Source of the DNA: a candidate division WOR-3 bacterium
GTDB taxonomy: Bacteria; Hydrothermota; Tepidihabitantia; Tepidihabitantales; Tepidihabitantaceae
Reading direction: 5' to 3'
Length of the DNA: 64,000 bases
Assembly: GCA_965649225.1 (NCBI GenBank)
Contig: CBFGJX010000009.1
Span: 29,200 to 93,199, forward strand
Part shown: piece after piece, positions 36,152 to 44,925 of the stretch
Layout of the letters: each line of letters begins with the position of its first letter
Position numbering within the stretch: position 1 is the first letter of the stretch
Position numbers and translations under genes: made by a program
The notes under the pieces: generated by a model
Database searches by the model: none
What the model was told of the DNA's origin: nothing
What the model saw: the letters and a program-made list of their open reading frames with translations, nothing else

Positions 36152-38302
36152 ATGCGGACAGTAATCTTGCTGCTCTTCCTGGCCGCGATTGCGCCGGGCC
36201 AGAACCCGCAGTGGAAAATCTGGACCCCGGGCAACACCGGCACGATGGGCGACTATTCCTTTGCGATTCTTGTCGACCCGGCCGGCCGGCTCTGGGCCCA
36301 CGGGTACCAGCCAAGCTGGGACCAGGGCGGTCTGGCGATGTTCGACGGCAACCGCTGGCACAACTGGTCCACCGTTGACAGCCTGTGTCCGACCGAGAAC
36401 CTGCGCTCGTTCAAGCTCGACCGCGCCGGCAATATCTGGTGCGGCTCGACGGCCGGGCTATTGAAGTTCGACGGTTCGCGCTTCACCACCTACAACCGCG
36501 CCACCGTGCCCGGATTCCCCTGCGACTCGGTGAGCGACGTCGCGATTGACGCCGCCGGCAACATCTGGTTCGCGCTGGCGAACTTCAACGGCAACAACGG
36601 CGGCATCGGCCGCTTCAACGGCTCGAGCTGGACCTTCTGGCGCCGCGGCCAGGGCCACCCGTTCCCCGCGCCGTGGAACCCGGTCTATGCCATCGACTGC
36701 GCGCCCAACGGCGACGTCTGGGCAGGCGGCGTCGTCGGCCTCGCCCGCTACCGCGGCGGCGCCTGGACCTACTTCGACACGCTCCAGTACGAGGTCAAAG
36801 ACATCCTCGTCGACTCGAGCGGCGAAGTCTGGATTGCCCAGACAAACCTAATCAGCTACGACAACGGAATCTGGCGCGACCACGGCTCATCCGGTTCCCT
36901 GCCCGTGCTCGGACTGGCCCTGCGCAGCGCCGGCGGACTTTGGGTCGGCGCGCCCAACGGCCTGTTCGCCTACCACAACGGCGCCTGGACCGACCAGAAC
37001 TGGCCGGGCGGGTTCTGCTACCTCGCGGCCGAATCGCCCGACGGCAGCCTGTGGGCCTGCGGCATCGGCGGCGTGGCCCGGCGGGCCGGCGGCAACTGGC
37101 AGCTCTACAACATCTCCCGCACCGGCCTCAACGACTACTGGAACTACGGCATCGACTTCGACAGCCGCCGCAACGTCTGGTTCAGCAACGGCTACGGCAT
37201 CTGCACCTTCGACGGCTCGGTCTGGCGCAACTTCAACCGCTACGGCGGCACCATGCCCTGGCCCTGGCCTACCGATATCGTCAACGCCGCGGTCGAGGGC
37301 CTCGACGGCCGGATGTGGGTCGCGACCTACGCCTCGGGCATCCTCGTCTGGGACGGCGCCAACTGGGTCGAGCAGTACGCCGACGGCGAAGTCATCAAGG
37401 ACGTCATCCGCGACTCGACCGGCGTCATCTGGGCATACGAGGACTTCGGCACGCGCGGCCTGTACCGCATCGCGAACGGCCGCGCGCAGAAGTTCGACTA
37501 CACCAACTCGCCCATCTCCAGCTACGTGCAGGGCATCTGCGCCGACTCGGGCGGCTGGGTGTGGGTCGCGACGCTGGGTGAGCTCATCCGCACCGACGGC
37601 ACGAACTGGGAAATCTACGACCCGGCGCGCGCGCGCATGCCCGGCACCGGCCGCTGCTGGAGCCCGGCGCGCTCGCCCGACGGCACGCTCTGGCTCTCGG
37701 TCGCGCTGACCGAGGACCTGACCTGGACCGGGCTTGCCCGCTTCAACCGCCGCGACACGACCTGGACCCTTTACGACTCGCTCAACTCCCCGGTCAAGGC
37801 CGGCGGCATCTCCGCGGTCACCAGCACCGGCGTGCTCTGGCACAGCTACTTCCGCAGCAGCATCTACCCCTACCGCGGCGCGCTCCTGCGCTTCGACGGC
37901 GCGAACTGGCGCATCTACAACCGCGACAACTCGCCCCTGCCCCACGAGCAGGTCTACGACATCGGCATCGACTGGAACGACAACCCGTGGATATCCTGCG
38001 CGAGCGAAGGCGTCGCGGTCTTCCACGACAACCCGGTGGCCGTGCAGGAAGAATCCGCCGCACCGCGCGCGTCACGCGCCGCCGCAACCATCGTCCGCGG
38101 CACGCTCAACCTGCCGGCGTCCGACGGCAGTCGTACAGCGTCGGCCGTCCTGTTCGACGCCTCGGGCCGGCGCGTCCTCGACCTCGCGCCCGGGCCCAAC
38201 GATGTCTCGCGCCTTGCGCCCGGCGTGTATCTCGTCCGAGCCCTGCCGGTGTCTGGAAACAGCAAGCCGACCGCCGCGCGGCGCATCGTCATCGCGCGGT
38301 AG
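36152..38302 (+). CDS. Secreted two-component-regulator-propeller repeat protein with CTD
   Basis: Repeated D..GNIW....G..FDG..W blades; CTD. Confidence 0.9.
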   Translation: MRTVILLLFLAAIAPGQNPQWKIWTPGNTGTMGDYSFAILVDPAGRLWAHGYQPSWDQGGLAMFDGNRWHNWSTVDSLCPTENLRSFKLDRAGNIWCGSTAGLLKFDGSRFTTYNRATVPGFPCDSVSDVAIDAAGNIWFALANFNGNNGGIGRFNGSSWTFWRRGQGHPFPAPWNPVYAIDCAPNGDVWAGGVVGLARYRGGAWTYFDTLQYEVKDILVDSSGEVWIAQTNLISYDNGIWRDHGSSGSLPVLGLALRSAGGLWVGAPNGLFAYHNGAWTDQNWPGGFCYLAAESPDGSLWACGIGGVARRAGGNWQLYNISRTGLNDYWNYGIDFDSRRNVWFSNGYGICTFDGSVWRNFNRYGGTMPWPWPTDIVNAAVEGLDGRMWVATYASGILVWDGANWVEQYADGEVIKDVIRDSTGVIWAYEDFGTRGLYRIANGRAQKFDYTNSPISSYVQGICADSGGWVWVATLGELIRTDGTNWEIYDPARARMPGTGRCWSPARSPDGTLWLSVALTEDLTWTGLARFNRRDTTWTLYDSLNSPVKAGGISAVTSTGVLWHSYFRSSIYPYRGALLRFDGANWRIYNRDNSPLPHEQVYDIGIDWNDNPWISCASEGVAVFHDNPVAVQEESAAPRASRAAATIVRGTLNLPASDGSRTASAVLFDASGRRVLDLAPGPNDVSRLAPGVYLVRALPVSGNSKPTAARRIVIAR

Positions 38303-38837
38303 CCCGAAACCGACCTGACACCGGCGCGGCGCAGAACCTGGGCAGGAATCCGCGCCGCAGCCCCGCGCATAAACCTGCGCCTTGGAGCGGTCACAACCCG
38401 CCTCATCGAAACGAGCTGTGACCAGTCATTCGTGATTCGGTTTCACCGCTCCTGGCCGCCGGGGGAACGAGGGGGGCTGTTTTGCCCGCTTCCGCGCAAC
38501 CCATTGCGCGAGCGGTACATAACCCCGCCCCGCGCCCCTTTGCCAATTTAGCACCTGATTATAATAAGTTCATCACGATGTGCCGATGGGTCGGCCGGTC
38601 CGGCGGCTTGCCGCTCGCGCCGCCGGCCTCTTGACTGCGCCTGACCGAATCCTATCCTGTTCACCGTGAGAAGGAACCGAGGCTGTAATCAGAACCGTAA
38701 GGCGGTCAACCCTATCGCCGCACGGGAACGCGGACTGAATTGCCAGACCGACAAGGAAATTCAAATAATCAAGGAGGGAGTGGCTTGAGTCTGACACTCG
38801 ACTCCAAACCCGACGACGATACAGGAAGGAGGTTGCA

Positions 38838-39398
38838 ATGATGCGATTGTCACTCACCATCGTCCTGCTGCTTGCTTCGGCTGCATACGCCGAGCTCAGG
38901 ATCAGAGATTACCACGGTGAAGTTGCCGTGACCAAAGTCAACCTGGATTCAGTGCGGAATTCGCGGTCTTTTCGAATGGATGTCGACGGCGACGGCAAGA
39001 AAGACTCCGTCCTGCTTTACTTCGAACAGACCTCGTACAACTTGGTCTGCTATGATCACGGCGAAAAAGTGTGGATTTCCTATTTCGACATCACGGATGC
39101 GGAACCCACCTATGTGGAGTTCGCGCCTGCCTATGTCATAGGGCCGTATAAGCCGGTGATGGTCGTGAAATTCTCCACAGGTGTCACTATGACCGACTCG
39201 CTGTTCATCGTCGACATGGTTCGTACTGCGGCCGGCCTGAAACCATTCACCCTGTTGAGTTGCTCGGCGACGTGGGGTGATGCGCCAACTATAGTCAAGC
39301 CAGGGTTCGTCGAGATTCAACACTTTCGCGGCTGGGTAACTGCCCGCTACCTGTGGGACGGCGAGAAGTACATAGAACAGCAGGTTCAGGAATGGTAG
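38838..39398 (+). CDS. Secreted hypothetical protein
   Basis: GGAGG RBS, signal peptide ending AYA, DVDGDGKKD loop, C-terminal YLWDGEKY. Confidence 0.8.
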   Translation: MMRLSLTIVLLLASAAYAELRIRDYHGEVAVTKVNLDSVRNSRSFRMDVDGDGKKDSVLLYFEQTSYNLVCYDHGEKVWISYFDITDAEPTYVEFAPAYVIGPYKPVMVVKFSTGVTMTDSLFIVDMVRTAAGLKPFTLLSCSATWGDAPTIVKPGFVEIQHFRGWVTARYLWDGEKYIEQQVQEW

Positions 39399-39430
39399 TA
39401 AGCCGCCATAGCCGCCCCGCAGCAGCAAAG

Positions 39431-40015
39431 ATGACTTTGAAGCGCCGGGTTGCGGTCACGGACAAGGCCATCAAAGTGCTCTCAGACGACAAGACACGAG
39501 TGACTCGTGGACAAAGTAGCAAAGTGGCCACGAATGACAGGTCAAGACCAAAGCGTGGATCGACGTTCACCGGCAACGCCGGAGAACACTACGTGATGGC
39601 GGAGCTTTTGAAGCGCGGTGTCGTGGCCGCCCTTGCACCGCGTAACACCCCCGACTTCGACATCCTCGCAAGTCGAGAACGAAGAACCGTACACCTTCGC
39701 GTAAAGACAAAGTCAGAGCACTCACCTGGGCGGCGTTTCCGTGCAAAGAAGGACGGGTCCGTTTTCTTCAACGTTCGCAAGAAGGACGACTACATCGTCT
39801 TCGTGAATCTTGCCGATGATGCTCGGGGAATGGCCTGCTACATCGCCGAAACCTCTCGCGTCGACAGGTGGCTGCGAGAAGATCATAGGAAGTGGCTGGC
39901 GACGCCAAGCAAGTCAGGCCAGGCACACCGCGACACCAGCGTCCGCCGCATCTTGCTGGCAAAGTACCGCGACAAGCTCTCCACGGACTGGAACATGCTC
40001 TGGCGGCGTACTTGA
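39431..40015 (+). CDS. Stand-alone PD-(D/E)xK-fold protein (start uncertain)
   Basis: GNAGEHYVMAELLKRG..PDFDIL..LRVKT. Confidence 0.7.
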   Translation: MTLKRRVAVTDKAIKVLSDDKTRVTRGQSSKVATNDRSRPKRGSTFTGNAGEHYVMAELLKRGVVAALAPRNTPDFDILASRERRTVHLRVKTKSEHSPGRRFRAKKDGSVFFNVRKKDDYIVFVNLADDARGMACYIAETSRVDRWLREDHRKWLATPSKSGQAHRDTSVRRILLAKYRDKLSTDWNMLWRRT

Positions 40016-40193
40016 CAATCGAGAACCTGAAACCCTGTGACGCCACCCAACCCTGCCCTCCGCGCCCGACTCAACAGCTCTGCTGCCGCCGGCTGACGCA
40101 GTCCGCTGATTTCACGGCGGCGGCAAGCCGGACATAATTCCGCTCCAGTTGAATCAACCCCGGTTTTGCGGATAATTATTTCTGTCGAGAGGA

Positions 40194-40637
40194 GTGTTGA
40201 TGCTCAGAACTTACCTGAAGACTGTGCGCCGCGCGGGGCCTGCCGTGCTGACCTGCCTGCTGTTTTTGTCGTGCCACAAGTATGAGGCCTATGGCCGCGT
40301 TACCGTCACCCGCCACCCTCAGGGCGGCGCCTACGTGCAATCGCTCACCTGCGGGCTTTCGCTCGAGGCCGACGGCACCAGCGTGAGCATCGACGGCCCG
40401 GGCGCCGGCGCGATTGAGTTCACCATCAAATGGATGACCAGCCGCGGCGCCCACAAAACCGAGACCGTGAGCGTGAACTGGACCCGCGGGGCAACAAACA
40501 CCGAGAGCTACACGACCACCTTCTCGGCCCCGACCGGTCAGTTCCTCGACAAGACCTTCTGGGTCGAGGTAACCTGGCAGGACCAGTCCGGCCGGCACGA
40601 GGTAAAGTCGAACTCGGCCAGCTGCATCGTGCCCTGA
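40194..40637 (+). CDS. Lipoprotein of unknown function
   Basis: Lipobox FLSC; beta-rich mature part. Confidence 0.75.
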   Translation: MLMLRTYLKTVRRAGPAVLTCLLFLSCHKYEAYGRVTVTRHPQGGAYVQSLTCGLSLEADGTSVSIDGPGAGAIEFTIKWMTSRGAHKTETVSVNWTRGATNTESYTTTFSAPTGQFLDKTFWVEVTWQDQSGRHEVKSNSASCIVP

Positions 40638-40695
40638 CCGAAACTCCGGTCACACCGCTGCCCGGGCTTCGCGAGCCCGCCCAAACGCGTTCAGT

Positions 40696-40727
40696 TCCGG
40701 CAGTCTGACGCTCGTCAGACTGCCGGA
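40696..40727. repeat. Long perfect inverted repeat (REP-like or terminator)
   Basis: TCCGGCAGTCTGACG-CT-CGTCAGACTGCCGGA, 15 bp arms. Confidence 0.8.
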
Positions 40728-41033
40728 CCCGCTGCTGTCTGACTGACAGTCTGCCACCAGCCGGCTCCATGCTCTCTTGCGCGAAGCCCGGACCAGTAAG
40801 CCTTTATCAGTTTGTCACTTCCACAATAGCGCCTCAAAATGACCTGCCCTGCGAACCGGCAAAAGGACGCTGTTTGCAGCCAGACACCGCCCAACCGACA
40901 GGCTCGACCGCTAAGATATTGACAATAAATGCGTTAGGCTGTCAGAGCCGCTGCCGTTTTCTCTGTCATCCTGCCTTGGTCGGGCATAGCAAAACCTTGA
41001 CAATTTTGGTAATATAGCTATATTCTGGCAGTT

Positions 41034-41966
41034 ATGGGGTTTGGTCGTGAAGTCGAACTTACCCTGATTGTCCCGGCATTCAACGAAGTTGAAAACGTCG
41101 GTCCACTGCTGGCAGAACTTGCCGACAAGATTACAATTCCGTTTGAGGTCATCATCGTCGATGATGGCTCAACTGACGGCACATTCGCCGCAGCCCAGCA
41201 ACTGACTGCCCGTTACAATTTTCTGACGGTGCGACGCCATCAGGCCAATCAGGGCAAGACCGCGGCGATAATGACCGGAATGGAATCGGCCCGGGGCGAA
41301 TTTGTCTGCATCCTCGATGCCGACTTGCAGTTCCGGCCCGAAGATGTCATGGCCCAGGTGGCAAAACTGCGCGAGGGCTGGGACCTGGTTACCGGCCGCA
41401 AGGTCGGGCATTACGAAAAGCGGCTGGTATCGTCAATCTACAACTGGCTTGCCCGGCTGATGTTCCGGCTGAATGTCCGCGATATCAATGCATTGAAGAC
41501 CTTCCGGCGCGAGGTGCTGGCCGGAGAAATCCTGCGCAAGGACTGGCATCGCTACATCGTGCCGCTGGCCCGCGCCCGCGGTTTTCGCATCACCGAGATA
41601 CCGGTCACCCTCCGCCCCCGCCTGCACGGCGAACCGAAATACTCGGGCCGGGGCCGGATTCTGGTTGGTTTTCTGGACCTGATTGCCGTGGCGTTCCAGC
41701 TTTCGTTCATGCGCAAGCCGATGCTGTATTTTGGCACCCTGGGCATCACTTCGCTGGGTTTGGGTTTTCTGGTTGGACTGGCCGCGGTCATCATGCGGCT
41801 GTTTGGCCACGGCTTCCGGCCAATGCTTTATCTGGTGATTCTGCTGGTGCTGGCCGGGATTCTGTTTTTTGCTGCCGGTTTTCTTGGCGAAGCGCTCGCC
41901 GGCACCAACGACCGTATCGAACGGCTCGAACGGCTGCTGCGTTCCAGCCGCAGCGGGGAGCAGTAG
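41034..41966 (+). CDS. GT2 polyprenol-phosphate glycosyltransferase (ArnC/GtrB-like)
   Basis: VPAFNE, VDDGSTDGT, DADLQ, two C-terminal TM helices. Confidence 0.92.
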   Translation: MGFGREVELTLIVPAFNEVENVGPLLAELADKITIPFEVIIVDDGSTDGTFAAAQQLTARYNFLTVRRHQANQGKTAAIMTGMESARGEFVCILDADLQFRPEDVMAQVAKLREGWDLVTGRKVGHYEKRLVSSIYNWLARLMFRLNVRDINALKTFRREVLAGEILRKDWHRYIVPLARARGFRITEIPVTLRPRLHGEPKYSGRGRILVGFLDLIAVAFQLSFMRKPMLYFGTLGITSLGLGFLVGLAAVIMRLFGHGFRPMLYLVILLVLAGILFFAAGFLGEALAGTNDRIERLERLLRSSRSGEQ

Positions 41967-43058
41967 TTGGCCGCCCGGCTGAAGTCAGCCATCGGCACCG
42001 CCCTGCGAATTCTGATTTCCGCCGGTCTGCTGTTTCTGCTTGGCTGGCTGTTTCGCGACCGGCTGCCCGGCGCGCTGGCACTCATCCGCACTGCCCGGCC
42101 CGGCTGGCTGCTGGCAGCGGCCGGCTGGTATCTGATTTTCATTCTCATCTCATCCTGGCGCTGGCAGATCCTGCTCCGGGCCCGCGGCATCAGCTACTCG
42201 ACCTGGTATCTTGCCCGCGTTTTCACCATCTCGCTGTTTTTCTGCAAGCTGCTGCCGACCTCGATCGGCGGCGATGTCTTCCGCATCGCCTACACTGCCG
42301 GTGCGGGCCGCGGCGCCGACGCATTCTCGGCGACACTGCTCGACCGACTGGTCGGGTTCACCAGCCTGATGTTTCTGGCGCTGGCGGTTGCGCTCGGCCT
42401 GTTTGCCCTGCAGACCGAAGCGAGGTCGCTGGAACTTGCCCTCGGCCGGCTGGCAGTGCGCGGGCCGCTGGTGATTGTGCTTTTGGCGTTTGCCCTGCTG
42501 TTGCTGGTGGCGCTGACGCTGGCCTTTTTCTCCGACACTGCCCACCGGTTTACCGGCCGGCTGTTCGGCCGGGTGCGGCTGCTGCGGCTGGGCGAGCGAC
42601 TGGACCGGATATTTGATGCGGTCAAGTCTTATCGCACCGCCCGCCGGGCGCTGCTTCTGAGTTTTCTTTCCGGCATCGCCGTCCAGGCGACACTGGCGCT
42701 GTCCTGGCATGCCACTGCTGCCGCGATTGGCGGTACGGTGCCGGTTGTTTATTACCTGGTGTTCATCCCGCTGCTCAACGTCGTCGTCAACATCCCCACC
42801 ATCGGCGGCCTGGGAGTGCGGGAATGGGCTTACATCGTTTTTTTCACGCCGGCCTGGCTGCCGGGTCGACTCGGACACGACCTGGCCCTGGCCGCGGCGT
42901 TACTGTTTCTTGCTCTTGACCTCATCTTCGCGCTGACGGGCGGGGTGCTTTTTGCCGTCACCCGGCGTCGGCCCGATGCGGCCGCCACTGCCGGGTCGCA
43001 CTCAGCCGTCGGAAACAAGGAGGAATGCAGTGTTGCCGGTTACCCGACCAAACATTGA
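41967..43058 (+). CDS. UPF0104 / lysylphosphatidylglycerol-synthase TM-domain (flippase-like) protein
   Basis: WRWQILL, LPTSIGGDVFR, PTIGGLGVRE. Confidence 0.88.
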   Translation: MAARLKSAIGTALRILISAGLLFLLGWLFRDRLPGALALIRTARPGWLLAAAGWYLIFILISSWRWQILLRARGISYSTWYLARVFTISLFFCKLLPTSIGGDVFRIAYTAGAGRGADAFSATLLDRLVGFTSLMFLALAVALGLFALQTEARSLELALGRLAVRGPLVIVLLAFALLLLVALTLAFFSDTAHRFTGRLFGRVRLLRLGERLDRIFDAVKSYRTARRALLLSFLSGIAVQATLALSWHATAAAIGGTVPVVYYLVFIPLLNVVVNIPTIGGLGVREWAYIVFFTPAWLPGRLGHDLALAAALLFLALDLIFALTGGVLFAVTRRRPDAAATAGSHSAVGNKEECSVAGYPTKH

Positions 43059-44133
43059 CACCATCCGGCCCTACAAGCCGGGCAAGCCTGTCGAGCAGGT
43101 CGCGCGCGAGCTGCGCCTGAAAGGGCCAATCATCAAGCTGGCCTCTAACGAAAACCCGCTCGGTCCCTCGCCGCGCGCGGTCGCGGCAATGCGTCGTGCC
43201 GCCGGCTCGATGCACTACTATCCGGAAGATTCGGCCTGGGACCTGCGCGAGAAGCTTGCCCGGACATTCAAGGTCGATTTCGAATCAGTGCTGGTTGGCA
43301 ACGGCTCGGTCGAGCTGATACTGATGGCCGCACTGACCTATCTGAATCCGGGCGACGAACTGATCGCCACTCAGGGTTCGTTTGTGATGGCCCGGGTTGC
43401 TACCGGTATCGCCGGCGGCCGGCTGGTTGAAGTGCCGCACCGCGACTACACCCACGACCTGGAACGGATACTCGAATCAATCACCGACCGCACCCGGATA
43501 ATCTACATTGATAATCCGATCAACCCGCTCGGAACGATGGTGACGAAGAAGGAACTGGACGAGTTCATGGACAAGGTGCCGGGCAACGTGCTGGTGATTC
43601 TCGACGAGGCTTATGCCGAGTACATCACCAGCCGCGACTATCCCCGCTCAATGGACTACTACAACGCCAACCGCAGTATCCTCATCACCCGGACCTTCTC
43701 CAAAGTCCACGGTCTGGCCGGACTGCGCATCGGCTACGGCTTCGCCCAGCCCGAAATTGCCACCGCCCTGCAGAAGACCCGGCTGCCCTTCAATCTCAAC
43801 CGGATGGCCCAGATTGCGGCGATTGCGGCGATGGACGACCGTCAGCACATCAACCGCAGCCGCAAGGTCAACGAGGCGGGCAAGAAACTGCTCTACAACG
43901 AGTTCAAGCGGTTGAAGCTTTTCTACCTGCCCAGCTTCGGCAATTTCGTCTTTGTCAACTTCGCGGTGCATGCCCAGGAAATCTTTCTCGCCCTGCAGCA
44001 GCGCGGCATCATCACCCGCACGGTTGCCGAATACGGCTTCCCCAACGCCCTCCGGGTTTCCATCGGCACCGAACCGCAGAACCGCCGTTTCATCCGGGCG
44101 CTGAACGAGGTACTGTCCGAACGCAACCGCTAG
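43030..44133 (+). CDS. hisC: Histidinol-phosphate aminotransferase
   Basis: YKPGK, KLASNENPLG, GNGS, DEAY, TFSKVHGLAGLRIGY. Confidence 0.92.
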   Translation: MLPVTRPNIDTIRPYKPGKPVEQVARELRLKGPIIKLASNENPLGPSPRAVAAMRRAAGSMHYYPEDSAWDLREKLARTFKVDFESVLVGNGSVELILMAALTYLNPGDELIATQGSFVMARVATGIAGGRLVEVPHRDYTHDLERILESITDRTRIIYIDNPINPLGTMVTKKELDEFMDKVPGNVLVILDEAYAEYITSRDYPRSMDYYNANRSILITRTFSKVHGLAGLRIGYGFAQPEIATALQKTRLPFNLNRMAQIAAIAAMDDRQHINRSRKVNEAGKKLLYNEFKRLKLFYLPSFGNFVFVNFAVHAQEIFLALQQRGIITRTVAEYGFPNALRVSIGTEPQNRRFIRALNEVLSERNR

Positions 44134-44157
44134 CCGCCGTCGCAGCCGGCGGTCGTC

Positions 44158-44898
44158 CTACTGCTGCACAACCGTGCCGTAGATCCGTGCCTTGGCCAGG
44201 TCCATCACGCAGCGAAAGCCAAGCCAGGTTGACCCTTTGATTTCCGGGTCAATACCCCAGCGGCAGGTGGTCCGACAGAATCCGGCCGGATTCTTCCACG
44301 ACCCGCCCCGGATGGCCTTGCCAAAGTTTTCCCAGTTGCCGGTGGTGAACTCCCAGACATTGCCGGCCATGTCGTCACAGCCGACCGGACTGCGGCCGGT
44401 CGGAAACTGACCGACCTCGCTGGTCATCTGGGCATTCCATTCCCGGCTGTTGCAGTTCTTGCTCCCGAACTCGTTGCCCCAGGGCCAGATGCGGCGGTCG
44501 GTCCCGCGCGCGGCCCGTTCCCACTCTTCTTCGGTCGGCAGCCGCTTGTTCGCCCAGCGGCAGTAGGCTTCGGCATCACGATAGCAGATACCCACCACCG
44601 GCAGGTTGGGCTTGTTCCAGGGCGAAGAATTCCAGAACAACGGCGCCGGGTGGTTTGTCTCCCGCAGAAACAGCTCATACTGAGCATTGGTAACCGGTCG
44701 GCGGTCAATATAGCAGTCACGGATTACCGCATTGCGCGGCGCCAGCTCGGTAGCGAAGATCGGATCAAACGGCTCACCCAGCGACTCGATTATCTGCCGA
44801 ACCTGGTCCTGAGTGATTCCGAAGGGAAAAACACCGCCCGGCACCAGTACCATCTCCCCCCGGTCTTTGGGAGTGCGAATAACCCTTGGCAACATCAA
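44158..44898 (-). CDS. Formylglycine-generating-enzyme (SUMF1/EgtB) domain protein
   Basis: PVTNAQY, RLPTEEEWERAARG, DMAGNVWE, RGGSW, GFRC. Confidence 0.9.
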   Translation of the reverse strand: MMLPRVIRTPKDRGEMVLVPGGVFPFGITQDQVRQIIESLGEPFDPIFATELAPRNAVIRDCYIDRRPVTNAQYELFLRETNHPAPLFWNSSPWNKPNLPVVGICYRDAEAYCRWANKRLPTEEEWERAARGTDRRIWPWGNEFGSKNCNSREWNAQMTSEVGQFPTGRSPVGCDDMAGNVWEFTTGNWENFGKAIRGGSWKNPAGFCRTTCRWGIDPEIKGSTWLGFRCVMDLAKARIYGTVVQQ

Positions 44899-44925
44899 CG
44901 CAATATACCGATTGGCCGGCCGGAA

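Noticed and set aside
44158..44898. FGE/C-lectin-fold gene as a DGR target
   Set aside because: I saw no second copy of its 3' end and no RT or Avd gene
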